From an uncultured candidate division Zixibacteria bacterium (GTDB lineage: Bacteria > Zixibacteria > MSB-5A5 > GN15 > FEB-12), in NCBI GenBank assembly GCA_963735035.1, contig CAVTJJ010000003.1:864001-928000 (forward strand): 64,000 bases of DNA, read 5' to 3'. This document shows, in pieces, positions 38,001-48,800 of this stretch (position 1 is its first letter; each line of letters starts with the position of its first letter). Made by a program: the position numbers and the translations under genes. The notes below the pieces were generated by a model. The model was given only the letters and a program-made list of their open reading frames with translations. It was not told where the DNA came from and searched no databases.

Positions 38001-40370
38001 ACCCAGAAATACCGAATTCTTGTCCTTCCAGAACACTCGCACCGGCAAGGAATTGAAAACCGAATGAAGAACCTCGCGCGATTCCCATAATTCTTCCTCT
38101 GCCAGTTTGCGACGGGTGATATCTACCAGTGTGCTCTGCATGCCGACAACCACGCCGTTCGAATCGGTGAGCGGTCGCGAGTTATTCAACACCGTAACGA
38201 CTTTGCCGTCTTTGCGTACCAGACGGTGTTCGTAATTGACGATGCGATCTCCGGACAGTAATTGCTGATGCGCGGGCAGAACAACTCCGGCGTCGGCATC
38301 TACGTCGGGAATGCTCATGCTCAGTAGCTGTTCTCTTGAATAACCCAGGAGTTCCAACCCCGCCTGATTGGAATCTATGAACTTCTTCTCTTTGTTGAAG
38401 ATGTAGATGGCGGCGATGGACTCATCGAATATGCCACGATATTTGTCTCCCTGCTCTCTGAGCCGTGACTCCATCTCTTTGCGCTCTGTGATGTCCTTAT
38501 CTACTCCGCGGTACCCTTTGAGATTTCCCTCGTCGTCCAATATTGGTACGCCGCTTGTTAGAAGACAAATTCTCCTGCCGTCCATGGCAATATTCCAGTT
38601 TTCCAGATCCCGTATGGGCGCCTTCCTTGCGACTATTTCGGCGAAAATCTGTGCGACTCTCTGAGCTTCGTCTTGAGGCATGAAGTCGAATGGTGTCTTT
38701 CCGATAATTTCTTCGCGGGATCGTCCGAGAATGTCAATGGACTGTTGAGAGCTATAAGTGTAGACGCCATTCTCGTCTACTTCCCACACCCAGTCGGCCA
38801 TACTGAACGTGATGTCTCTCAAGCGTTCTTCACTCTTCCGCAGCGCCTCTTCCGACTGTTTGCGCTCGGTTATGTCCCAGAGGACCCCGTTCATTCTCCT
38901 GGGTGAACCATCTTCGCTGTACAGAGTCATTCCTCTGCCGTTCATATAATGAATCGTGCCGTCGGGCCAGACACAGCGGTATTCAACATCGTACAGGGTT
39001 TTCCGCTCAATGGAGCTATAGAGCGCCGTCGTGATTCTTTCCCGATCATCCGGATGCACTACCCGGTAGAATTCTTCACTCGTACCCTTGAACTCGTGAG
39101 GATCGAGCCCCAGCAGAAGGCAAGTTTGGTCGTCAAAGCCGCGCTTGTTTCCTTCGAGATCAATATACCATACACCCATATTGGCAGACTTCAAGGCCAG
39201 GTCCAGGCGGGCCTGATTCTCCCGAAGCGCTTCCTCAACTCTCTTGCGCTTGGTGATATCCTTGAAGACGCAATGGGTCTGCTTGAACGAGCCGTCGTCG
39301 TCGTAACTGATTCGGCCGTCGAAAGCTACGATGATTTCCGTGCCGTCCTTCTTGATCATCTCGAATTCGATACCAAGAATCTGTCCCAGGCTCTTGAATT
39401 TCGGAAAGTTCTCTTTGAAGACCTTCCGGAAATCCGGGTGGAGGAACTCGCCGAAGTTTCGGCCCAGCACTTCTTCCTTGGTATATCCAAGCGCCTTGCA
39501 CCAAGCTTCGTTGACGGCTATGAAATTGCCGTTCTCATCGAGTGATTGATAACCCAGGGGGGCATTTTCGAAGAGCTGTCGGAAACGATCCTCGCTCGCG
39601 ATGAGCGCATCCTCGGCTAGTCGCCGCTTTTGTTCGCGGCCCCGAACGCTACGGGCGCCGATAACCAGGAAGGCAAGCCCTAACAGCCACAACACCCCAT
39701 GGCCGAGGCCGATCGCAGCCATATCTTCCTGCGCAATTGCCTCGAAACGGGACATCGGCATCGAAACACTGATTCCGCCGCGCACGTCCCCTTCTTTGTA
39801 GCCTTGCTTGGCATGGCATTTAAGACATTCTTGTTCCGTTACCAACGGTCGCATGAGCCGCAAGTACTCCTGGCCATCCAGTTTCTCGACCGTGGCGAAT
39901 TCCGTCTCACCCCGCTCGAACGACTCCAATGCTCTCTTCTCCCACGTGTCCGCTGCATTCTCAGGCCGAAGCGGCTTGAGGCTCGTGATGTGACCTCGCA
40001 CTCCGTCGACTAACAAGCCAAGCTCGTGTACTTGGCGCGTCATGTAGGACGGATTGACGAGCGTCAGGTGTAGCCCGGACGGTGTCTCGATGTCGCGCCC
40101 TGCTACATCAACCAGATATGGATTGGGTTGACAAGAATCGGATACGGGAACATAGACGCCCCCAAGACTGGCGTTCCAGCGGCGATAGAGAACATCCATT
40201 GCAATCTGGTCACGGGCCGCTTCACTGGCCGAAGAGATCTGAGTATCTTTTTCGCTGATGCAATTCCACGCCATGGAAGCGGCGACCATCAGCGTCCAAC
40301 CTACTGCCAGTATCACCGCATATCTTGCCACAGCCGAAGGCTGATTGCGGTCTTTGGAGATTTTGTTCAT
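35034..40370 (-). CDS. Hybrid sensor histidine kinase: periplasmic DUF3365 heme-c domain, nine PAS/PAC, HisKA, HATPase_c, REC
   Basis: Two TM segments around ITSLKPLRPEN...ECLKCH..GYKEGDVRGGIS. Nine PAS units, most ending DIT.RK; AHDFNN, FDPFFTTK, GSGLGL; REC domain with DD..LLDM. Confidence 0.92.
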   Translation of the reverse strand: MNKISKDRNQPSAVARYAVILAVGWTLMVAASMAWNCISEKDTQISSASEAARDQIAMDVLYRRWNASLGGVYVPVSDSCQPNPYLVDVAGRDIETPSGLHLTLVNPSYMTRQVHELGLLVDGVRGHITSLKPLRPENAADTWEKRALESFERGETEFATVEKLDGQEYLRLMRPLVTEQECLKCHAKQGYKEGDVRGGISVSMPMSRFEAIAQEDMAAIGLGHGVLWLLGLAFLVIGARSVRGREQKRRLAEDALIASEDRFRQLFENAPLGYQSLDENGNFIAVNEAWCKALGYTKEEVLGRNFGEFLHPDFRKVFKENFPKFKSLGQILGIEFEMIKKDGTEIIVAFDGRISYDDDGSFKQTHCVFKDITKRKRVEEALRENQARLDLALKSANMGVWYIDLEGNKRGFDDQTCLLLGLDPHEFKGTSEEFYRVVHPDDRERITTALYSSIERKTLYDVEYRCVWPDGTIHYMNGRGMTLYSEDGSPRRMNGVLWDITERKQSEEALRKSEERLRDITFSMADWVWEVDENGVYTYSSQQSIDILGRSREEIIGKTPFDFMPQDEAQRVAQIFAEIVARKAPIRDLENWNIAMDGRRICLLTSGVPILDDEGNLKGYRGVDKDITERKEMESRLREQGDKYRGIFDESIAAIYIFNKEKKFIDSNQAGLELLGYSREQLLSMSIPDVDADAGVVLPAHQQLLSGDRIVNYEHRLVRKDGKVVTVLNNSRPLTDSNGVVVGMQSTLVDITRRKLAEEELWESREVLHSVFNSLPVRVFWKDKNSVFLGCNTSFARDAGFEKPEDIIGRDDSDMGWREQADLYQADDRAVIESGEARLLFEEPQTTPSGEQLHLLTSKLPLRDAGGAIVGVLGSYLDITDRIRAEQKVKLRESYLTSIIENQPGLMWLKDADGRFQAVNKAFALACGLEHPKKLVGLTDLDIWPRELAYKYRRDDSEVMEARASKIVEEIVQDQGRPKWFETFKTPVVNEQGNVIGTTGYSRDITERKRAEEALRESEARLFELASQVPGAVYQFYARPNGEHGFYYISDKSEQIVGLKPELDGFFERFTALVHPAYRESFLTSIGKAISECTDWNFEGILQKPTGETIWFSAQSRHLRRESEVIFNGIVFDITERKRSAEALRESEATHAEAQRIAHLGHWRLDLTANWLDWSAEVFRIFDIDPQEFAASYEAFLNTIHPEDRTLVNQAYTDSLKSREPYDIVHRLLMKDGTVKFVHERCETQYDEAGNPMFSLGTVLDITERKHAEEALRESENRYHKLFNSTLEGLGVVDKNEVIEYCNQAYADIFEAGTQEDLIGRSLLDFVPQQLQNKVLAQTELRKQGLNSQYEIDIVTARNNRKTVLASISPRFDEQGNYCGASGAIIDISETKRLQELESRALRLETAGQIAGQVAHDFNNMLAPMMAYPELIREQLPVGDPSRKYLEAIEESAKRIADLNQQLLTLSRRGHYNQEVLNLNDIIQQVLRDMASPPSTLVIESDLCPKLMNIEGGIAQLHRVVMNLVMNARDAVRDIGRVSVRTENSFIDDTTVMYGRIPRGEYIKLTVIDSGCGIPDEIMQKIFDPFFTTKSTDKKRGSGLGLSVVDAVVKDHNGFIDLTTTVGVGTSFYLYFPVTRAAVSERPSDEIPRGTESILVVDDDEIQCEVSSRLLSTLGYEVTVCDSGKKAVELLAHSTFDLLLLDMIMPSDICGTETYRRALQIRPDQKAIIVSGFSESGRVTEAQKLGAGAFVKKPLSRRTLALAVRKELDRKVEVPSCS

Positions 40371-40777
40371 ATCAACAGATTGGCCTTCTCAGGGCTCCTC
40401 AGATTTGGAGCCATTAAGCGTACTAGTTCAGCATTGTCACTGGTTCGCAATCGAACATATTCGATCTTCGTTGTTTTCTTCGATCGCAAACGAAGACAGC
40501 CATGCACCAGGCAAGGAACTACCGTTCCAGTTCTAGTCGGCAGATTGTGCAAAAATGTTACAGGTGGAGGCTGTGACCTGAGGGGCAGAAAGGCCCAACA
40601 TAAAGGTATGCAAAGAGTTAACGCCAGCCCCCGATCATGCCCGGATGATAGCAAAACCTGACAGCTCTGATCCGATGAAGACCTATATAATGTAGGGCTA
40701 TTTGAAAGACCGCGGGACGGGTGAACCTAAGGGTCCAAACAATACTATGTAGAGAGCCTTCTTACTGCAAATCACCA

Positions 40778-41560
40778 CTATTTGAAGTGAAGTGAGATAG
40801 TCGTGTTGAGGCCGTTCTTGGAGGGCTCCAGGGACATGGTTACTCGCTCAGTCTGATTACGCCGGCTTACTACCTCATAGGCAATAAGATTACCCAGAGC
40901 CGCCCCGGCGACTACATCGCTGATATAGTGCTTGTTCTCCTGTAGTCGCGAGAGACCGACATAGGCCGCCCCGCTCTCGGCTATGATCCCCGGAATGACT
41001 CCGTATCGGTCGGCGATCACTCCGGCAGTCGTGAAGGCCATGGTAGCGTGGCCGGACGGGAACGAATAGGGGGCGCCGTCCGGGCGGGTTCTCTGAGTTG
41101 CCAATTTAAGGCCGGTCGAGATGGTTCCGGCGATTACCAATCCGCTGGTGAGGTCCGACCCCAGCGCAGCCAGACCCCGTCTATGAAACACCTTCCCCGC
41201 CATGTACAGCGACAGAGCACCCGCAAGGTGGACACCTCCATTTCCAAGGAAATTGCCGTATTCGAAGATCCGGTCGGCACCGGCATTGCCGACCCAGCTG
41301 CGATAAGGCCGATTCGTTTCATTGAAACTCCACGCATGTGTCATCGCCAATAGCATAACGGCGTCGATCGTAAAAGTATGAGTACCGACATACGAACAGT
41401 TCTTAAGGAGATCGGCCAGCAGGTGCGGGTTTGCATGCTCGTCAGGTCCTGTCGACGCCTGCGCGTTTCCTCCCGTAAACATTATCAAGATTACCGCAAC
41501 AAGGCAGCAAGTGACCAGTATGACGATTATGTCTGATCGATTGGTTCTTCTGTTATTCAA
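40778..41560 (-). CDS. PAP2-family phosphatase
   Basis: K..TQRTRPD, SFPSGH and SR....KHYISDV motifs. Confidence 0.88.
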   Translation of the reverse strand: MNNRRTNRSDIIVILVTCCLVAVILIMFTGGNAQASTGPDEHANPHLLADLLKNCSYVGTHTFTIDAVMLLAMTHAWSFNETNRPYRSWVGNAGADRIFEYGNFLGNGGVHLAGALSLYMAGKVFHRRGLAALGSDLTSGLVIAGTISTGLKLATQRTRPDGAPYSFPSGHATMAFTTAGVIADRYGVIPGIIAESGAAYVGLSRLQENKHYISDVVAGAALGNLIAYEVVSRRNQTERVTMSLEPSKNGLNTTISLHFK

Positions 41561-41885
41561 AATGGCCTTTCAATTGGTCGTATTCTCCGGCCTCGATCTA
41601 CCGGCGACTCCCCCGATGACAGCGTTGTGACAGTCCCCTCGCTGTGCCGTGGCCTTCACGACGGCTGTCGAAATCATATGAGGTACGAATGCGCTGCACA
41701 ACATTACGCCCTTAACTCCTATCTGAAACACTATGATCATGTCGGATTGTTCCGTGGCGTTTGCTGACAAGATGCCGACAAAATCGACCCTCCGGCCCTA
41801 TCTCGCTGCCGCCACAGAAACTATTTGCTACCCTGGCGATACAACTACTGTATAATGCTGTAATCATGGCAAGGACTGCCCGCTG

Positions 41886-44579
41886 ATGTCACGATCTTGG
41901 AGTCATTCGTACCTAATTGCTACGACCGCCGGTCTGGCGTTGCTTCTATTCCTGCCGGCACGAGCCGTGGAACCACCGGTGGTTCGCTATGATATTCAGG
42001 TCACTTTGGATGTACCTGGCAACACCTTGAACGGCCGCGAGACCATTCGCTATGTCAGCGGCGCCGACAGCAATCTAAGCGAGCTATACCTGCACGCCTA
42101 CCCCAACGCTTTCTCCGGCCGGGGAAGTACGCTCGCTCAGGAGATGGAGAGTATCTACCATGACTATTCCATCGCTCAGGCCCGGGCGGAGGAACTCGGT
42201 CGTATGGACATCGATTCAATCACGATCGATGGAGCTAATGCTTCTTACGAGATAGATGATACGTCAGTCAAGGTCAGACTTCCGCGACCGCTGGCTTCGC
42301 ATGATTCCCTGCTACTGGAGATCAACTTTGTCACGAAGATTCCTCTCATGTCTGGTCGGTTTCGCGCCCAGGATGGCAACTTCTCCATTGCTCAATGGTA
42401 CCCCAAGATTGCGGTGTACGACAGTACGGGCTGGCATCACGACTCGTATCACTTGACCGGTGAGTTCTACGGCGAGTTCGCGACCTACGATGTCGCCATC
42501 ACTCTTCCGGCCCAGTACTACATCGGCGCGACGGGTGAATATGTCGCGGGAGAAGGCGGCGACAACAACATGCCGACGCTTTCGGCCAATCGTGTCGGCG
42601 GTGAGGTTATACAGAAGGACTCCAGGCAGATCGCAAGTAGCAATCTGCCGTCAATGAAAACGCTTCACTTTCATGCTGAAGAAGTCCATGACTTCGCCTG
42701 GGTGGCATCCCCCGATTATCTCATAGACGAAACCGAATGGCGCGGGATAAGAGTCAAGGCGCTGGTACTTGCCCGCCACGCCCAGTCTCAATGGCGCAAT
42801 CTGCTCTCGTACGAAATTGCAGCCCTCAAGTTCTTTACCGGCAAAGTTGGAGAGTATCCCTATCCGACCCTGACAGTCGCCGAAGCCTATAATTATCCTA
42901 CCGGCGCCATGGAATATCCTTCGCTCGTCATGATGGATCCGGCGGCAGGTGTGCCGTTGACCCACGCCCTTGAATATGTCACCGTGCATGAGGTCGGCCA
43001 CAACTGGTTCTACGGGGCCTTAGCCAATAACGAACTGGACCAACCCTGGCTGGACGAAGGTTTCGAAGAGTATTTCACGCTCTGCTATGCGGAGCAAACC
43101 TACAAAAACGGCACCATCTTCGATATTCCCCGATCGGCTTCCCTGTTCCTGAATCTCCCCTATCGATGGACTCATGAGATCGATTACCGCTTGTTGCCGC
43201 CCACAATCCGGTCGAAACCGGTGAGCCTGCCGGCGTATCAGTTTGCCGATGAGCAGGAATACCGCGCTATCGCATACTCGAAGGGGGCGCTTTTTCTGGA
43301 ACGGTTACACAATTTCGTGGGTGACTCGACATTCAACCAGATCATGAGGTCTTACTACTCTGAGTACAAGTTCAAGCATGTAACTATTGCGGATTTCTGC
43401 AGTGTCGCCGACAGTGTCAGCGACCTGGACCTTAGTGTCTTGTCGGAGCCCTCGCTGTGTAGTTCTAATTCCCCCAGAAGTACCATTCAATCGGACACGA
43501 CTCAAGACTTCGATGCTAAGTCTATAAAGTTCGTGCGACCTCTCCAGCCGTTCGCATTCGCCGACCCCAATCATTATGTGGTTGGCCTCAATCCCAGCCT
43601 CTGGTACAACAAGGTCGATAAGATGCGAGTCGGCGTGCATCTGCAGAGTGGTTACCTGATGACCCGTGACTTGTTCTCGGCGAAAGTTATTTATGGAACC
43701 GCCTCCGGAAAGACCGGCTACCATGTCAGCTACTCAACTTACCTGCGAGATGCGCCGGATGTCAGAGTCACACTCAAAGACAGCTATGACGAAGGGGCGC
43801 GCAATTATTCTGTCGATATCGGTAACTCGCGGCCACGCAATCTCTTTTTGTCGGTACGGCCGTCGGTAGCGCCCGAGTTTCCGTCAGTTCATAACACATT
43901 GTCTTTGGCTTATAGTGATCAATTCGACCCCGCCTATTTCGATCCCAAGTACTATACGTTCGGCAAGACCATGATCCTGAGCCTTCATGGGAGCTACACG
44001 CAACGTGGCTACGAAGGTATTACCAGCGTCCACTACTTGTTCGCTCAGGGATTAGAGGCGCACGGGGCTGGGCCTGCTTTCAAGAAAGGCTATTTGAGTC
44101 TCGGACAGGATCTTCGGTTGTTGCGAACCGGGGAATTGGTGATGACAATTCGCGGTGCGGCCGGTGTCATGTCGGAAGGTGCTCCGAAACAGGAGCAGTT
44201 CGCGGTCGGATATGGGGTACCGAGGTCAACCGTAGATCCGATCGGCCAGTATGTTGCGAGTGGCGGCGGTGGAGTGCGAGGTTACCAGAATGATGCGGTT
44301 CTGGGACACCGGTTGTTTGCCGCCAATCTGGAATTAAGCTCCGAACGACTGTACCTGGGGCTGCCGCTATTGGATCCGAGGCTGTTTTTCGATATCGGCC
44401 GGGTCAATAACCCTGAAACGTCGCGGCTGGCGAACAGGACTCTGTGCGACGCTGGGATCGAATTCCGAGCTCTCGACGTGCTGAGATTGAGTTTTCCCCT
44501 ATGGCTGAGCGATCCCTCTGACGACCACAGGCAATTTGATTTTCGAGTGGTGGCACGCATTGTGCCTCCCGGACATTGA
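41886..44579 (+). CDS. M1-family zinc aminopeptidase with a C-terminal beta-barrel-like region
   Basis: Signal peptide, QWYPK, GAMEYP, HEVGHNWF-(x)-DEGF and YSKG. The C-terminal ~350 aa are beta-rich and contain GGVRGY. Confidence 0.85.
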   Translation: MSRSWSHSYLIATTAGLALLLFLPARAVEPPVVRYDIQVTLDVPGNTLNGRETIRYVSGADSNLSELYLHAYPNAFSGRGSTLAQEMESIYHDYSIAQARAEELGRMDIDSITIDGANASYEIDDTSVKVRLPRPLASHDSLLLEINFVTKIPLMSGRFRAQDGNFSIAQWYPKIAVYDSTGWHHDSYHLTGEFYGEFATYDVAITLPAQYYIGATGEYVAGEGGDNNMPTLSANRVGGEVIQKDSRQIASSNLPSMKTLHFHAEEVHDFAWVASPDYLIDETEWRGIRVKALVLARHAQSQWRNLLSYEIAALKFFTGKVGEYPYPTLTVAEAYNYPTGAMEYPSLVMMDPAAGVPLTHALEYVTVHEVGHNWFYGALANNELDQPWLDEGFEEYFTLCYAEQTYKNGTIFDIPRSASLFLNLPYRWTHEIDYRLLPPTIRSKPVSLPAYQFADEQEYRAIAYSKGALFLERLHNFVGDSTFNQIMRSYYSEYKFKHVTIADFCSVADSVSDLDLSVLSEPSLCSSNSPRSTIQSDTTQDFDAKSIKFVRPLQPFAFADPNHYVVGLNPSLWYNKVDKMRVGVHLQSGYLMTRDLFSAKVIYGTASGKTGYHVSYSTYLRDAPDVRVTLKDSYDEGARNYSVDIGNSRPRNLFLSVRPSVAPEFPSVHNTLSLAYSDQFDPAYFDPKYYTFGKTMILSLHGSYTQRGYEGITSVHYLFAQGLEAHGAGPAFKKGYLSLGQDLRLLRTGELVMTIRGAAGVMSEGAPKQEQFAVGYGVPRSTVDPIGQYVASGGGGVRGYQNDAVLGHRLFAANLELSSERLYLGLPLLDPRLFFDIGRVNNPETSRLANRTLCDAGIEFRALDVLRLSFPLWLSDPSDDHRQFDFRVVARIVPPGH

Positions 44580-44594
44580 CAGGCTCCAGGCACA

Positions 44595-45553
44595 TCAGTG
44601 ATCTGACTTGGCCGCCACCGCCTGGATATCTAGAGTCGACCTGAATCCCTGCGCCAACTTGGTGGCCGGACCTACTCCCCAATAGTGCAGAAATATCAGG
44701 CGCGGAGTCTCTTCGTCCATGTGGTTATGAATGGCCACCACGTTGATCCCTGCCTGACGCAGGTCCTTGAGCACGGGCTGCAATTCACTCTCAGAAGTCG
44801 CAAAGTCACCGTCGATGATAGCATGCGAATCGTTGCCCATAAACGCCACCCAAGTGTTGATTCCCATCTCTTTCCCGAGCAGTGCAGCCACATGCCATCT
44901 TGACCGACCGCCCAAAGACAAACTTGGCCATGCCGTTCTTGACGCTTCCCTTGGCTCCCAGAATCTGTTCGAGCGGGGCAACCGTGATACTGCTCGTACC
45001 AATATCCCCCGATGAGCCAAATCCCGTCGCCGGAGTGGAATGTTCGGAGCGGATTGTCTTGATCTTGTCCAAAGTAGCCCGTACCGTCTTGACAAATCCG
45101 TCCAGCTTTCCGTCACCACCGATATGCATGAAGAAGACCGGCGGATCGCTGTAGAAGAAGTGATTGTGCAACGCGGTGACCGCCACGCCGCCGTCAAGCA
45201 GGACACTCATAACAGGATTGACTTCGTCCTGGAACAGCACCAGGTCACCCATGACCATGGCTGAATCGTCGCTTTGCTGAAAACCGACCCAGGTCGTCAG
45301 GCCCATGAACGGGGGAAGCGTGACACCGTCGACCTTGACCGGCACGTCTGTCCGGGGCCAACTAACTTTGTAGACACCCTCGTCGGCCGTCCAGACACCT
45401 AACGTCCCCAACCCTTTAGCAATCAGGGCAGTGTCAAGAGTCCCGGTGTGATCAGGGTTACCCCCCTGCGCCTGCAGATGGGTGACAGACATTATTGTCA
45501 TCAGAAGGAAGGCCGCTGCAATCCTTTCGAGCGGCCTGCATTATCGGTTGCAT
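44595..45553 (-). CDS. DUF1259 (LppY/LpqO-like) tandem-domain exported protein with two +1 frameshifts
   Basis: AAAGGAG RBS before the ATG at 45553. GDLVLFQDEVNPV, ALHNH..FFMH, and a second domain AIHNHM..FLHYWG. Shifts near 45535 and 44880. Confidence 0.8.
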
Positions 45554-45831
45554 AACGACTCCTTTCATTTGCCTCATACTGCAACAAAACACAACCCGCG
45601 GAGTGCCTCGAAAATGGACTTCTGATGGCATCGGGCAGTCGTCCCGACAATCACACTTCAGCCCACCATAAATTGCCTTGAAACCGGAGTCTTCTCACCA
45701 CATACTGTGTATAACGGTTGAATTGTGGGAGCAAATTTGGACGCTGTGGATATGGAGCGGGCCGGCCGGCTCACGGCCGACCGCTTGTTTGCCGCAACAC
45801 GTCAACCTCGAAACATTATTGGGAGAGAATC

Positions 45832-48800
45832 ATGACTGAGGCGAATCGTCAGTGGCTGGTTCGTTTTGTGACCGGCCGGAGTCGGGTCGGAATGGTCGCG
45901 GTGGCGACCGTCGGTGTGGCTCTTGTTCTTCTGGTATCAAACATTACTAGTCTGCCCGACAACGAAATACGAGTCGTTTCCTTTGAGCCAACCGGCTGGG
46001 TGGAACTGAAAACCAACTTTACCGTCAAGTTCTCCAAGGCGATGGTCGCCAAGGACAGCCTCAACCTCCCGATGACCGATCCGCCCGTGCTCTTCTCCCC
46101 GCCGATTCCAGGTCTGGCGCGCTGGATCGACACCGATGTGCTTCGTTTCTTCCCCGACGCCAGCCTTCGACCCTGCCACCCAGTACACCGCAAAGGCCGA
46201 GTCAAACAAGACCTGGGCGTGTGGGTTCAAGATTGTCGACAAGACTGAGTTCTCGTTTCGCACACCTAATCTCAAGGTTGATATTCGACGCACCGGTACC
46301 GAACGAGACGAAACCGCGCCAGGCATGGTCCGCTTAACCGTAGACCTAGCCTTCAACTACCCGGTGGGGGTGGAAGAACTCCGTCGGCGGCTGAAAATAA
46401 AGGGGGATGACGGTGCCGTCGCGTCCGAGCTCGAGTACACTCTGAAGGCGCGTAGCGAAGAAGGGCGAACGCCGGGCGACCAGTCGGGGCTGGCTGCACC
46501 GGTCAGGGAAGTCTATGCTAATCGGATCACCGTAGTCAGCGAGCCCTTCGAGCAGACAACTTCCAAACAGGAATATGAATTGTCAATTGACGGGGATCTG
46601 ATTTGTAGAGACTGCGGCGACGCCATGAAAGATGACTTCAAGCAGATCGTGTATGTCGATCCGAGGCGTCCGCTGGAAGTCAACAACGTAGGGCCGAACA
46701 CTGAACCGACCGGCAGTTCTATCCGATTTTATTTTTCCGAAAGCGTGGCGCTCGACCAGGCGAAACCGTTCATATCAATCGACCCGGCCATTGCTTTCAC
46801 AATTGAGGAGGAATACGGCTCGCTAACTCTTCGTGGTGCATTCATGCCTGGGATGGCAGTCACGGTCAACGTCGGCCACGGCCTCAAAGCCATTTCCGGC
46901 GCAGTCCTTGATCGCGATTTCTCGACCCGGGTCGTCTTCCCGGACATGCCGCCCACCATCGCGTTTTCTTCGAAGGCCGTTTTCTTGCCGCGACTGGGGA
47001 ACGGTCTCCTAGAATTCAAGACTATCAACATCAAGAAGCTCGCGGTGGAAGTAGAGCAGATATTCCCCAACAACCTGGTCTATTTTCTAACATCGGGGTA
47101 CGGCGACTATGACGAATACTACCGGTCTCCGTCGGTCGTGCTCGGACGGACCTTCTTTGTGAAAGATGTGGACGTTGAAGCACCGACGAATGAGCCGCTC
47201 CTGACCACGGTGGATTTGAAGAGTATCATCGGGGATTCCGCGCAGGGCATCTTCAAGATTTCAGTCCGTAACCGTGACCAGCGCTGGACTTCTGATAGCC
47301 GCTTTGCGATGCTGACCGACATCGGCATTACCGCCCGACTGGCGGATGACTACCTGATGGTCTGGGCGAATTCTCTCGCCACCTCCACCCCGATCTCCGG
47401 CGCTTCGGTTGCCCTGATTAGCCGCAACAATCAGACCCTGGTCGAGGGGAAGACCGACTCACGCGGCATAGCGACTTTCGAGAATATTAAAGACAAGTTG
47501 ACCGGCTTCGAACCGTTTGTGATCAGGGTATCGCGCACCGACGAAATGGCTTTTGTTCGTTTGGACGAAAGTCTGCTACCCCTAAGCGATTTCGACGTCG
47601 CCGGGCGACCATATCTTGCCTCGGGCTACGAAGCTTTTGTGTACGCCGACCGCGGTGTTTACCGCCCAGGCGACACCGCGCATCTAGTGTCCATCGTTCG
47701 AGGCGTGAAATCGGCCCTACCGCCCGCGTTCCCGTATTCGCTCACGATCTATGACAATCGGGGACGCAAGTTCACCAGTTTTCGGCTCTCTACCGGCGGC
47801 TCGTCAATGGCGGCGATTGATCTAGTCGTGCCGGATTTCGCCGGCTCGGGCAAATACACGGCGGTGGCGGAGATCGGCGAAGAAGTACAGATCGGGCGCA
47901 CCGAGTTCCAGGTCGAAGAATTCATGCCGGATCGAATCAAGGTGGTGCTGACAACTCCTTCGCATGACTACAATTCGGGCGACACGATCCAAGCCGAGGT
48001 CGGAGCTAAATATCTTTTCGGACCACCAGCGGCCAACCACAAAGTGGCCGGTCACTTGACAATCGAACCGCAGGCTTTCACCCCCAAGGGCTGGACAAAG
48101 TTCTGCTTCAGCGACAACAACCGCACCTTCACTCGCATGGAAGTTGATCTTCGTGACACGATCCTGAATGACACCGGCGGACATACTTACACCTACGTTG
48201 TTCCGGACAAGCTGACGGCCCCGTCGGCGCTCAAGGGTCTGCTGTCAGCCACGGTGTCTGAGGAGGGCGGTCGCGGCATAAGCGCGTATGCCGAAGTCAC
48301 TATCCACCCCTACCAGAGATATGTCGGCGTACGTTTAGATATGGAAGGCTATGCCCGGCTCGGTGAACCGGTGACGGCGCAGATCGTCTGTGTTGGCCGC
48401 GACGGCACCGCCGTGGCAGGTGATTCTGTCGACATCAAGTTCTACCAGGTCGTCTACAACACGACTTACAAGCGGGACAAGGGCGGATTCGGCCGCTATG
48501 TTTCGGAGAGGCGGCTGCAGGTGCGGGATTCATCGGTGCAGTCCGTTACGATTGACGGCGTCACGATCTCTTTCACACCCAATGACTATGGCCAATATGA
48601 AGTCGTTGCCTCTGATCGAGCCACGGGCCATTCGGCTTCAGTTGATTTCTACGCCTCCGGATGGGGGTACGCGCCGTGGGCCCTGACAAATCCCGACAAG
48701 ATCAAGCTGCAACTCGACAAGGAGTTCTACCCCACCGGAAGTAAAGCGCTGTTGCAGGTGCAGGCCCCGTTCGGCGGGAAGCTCCTTCTGACAATCGAGA

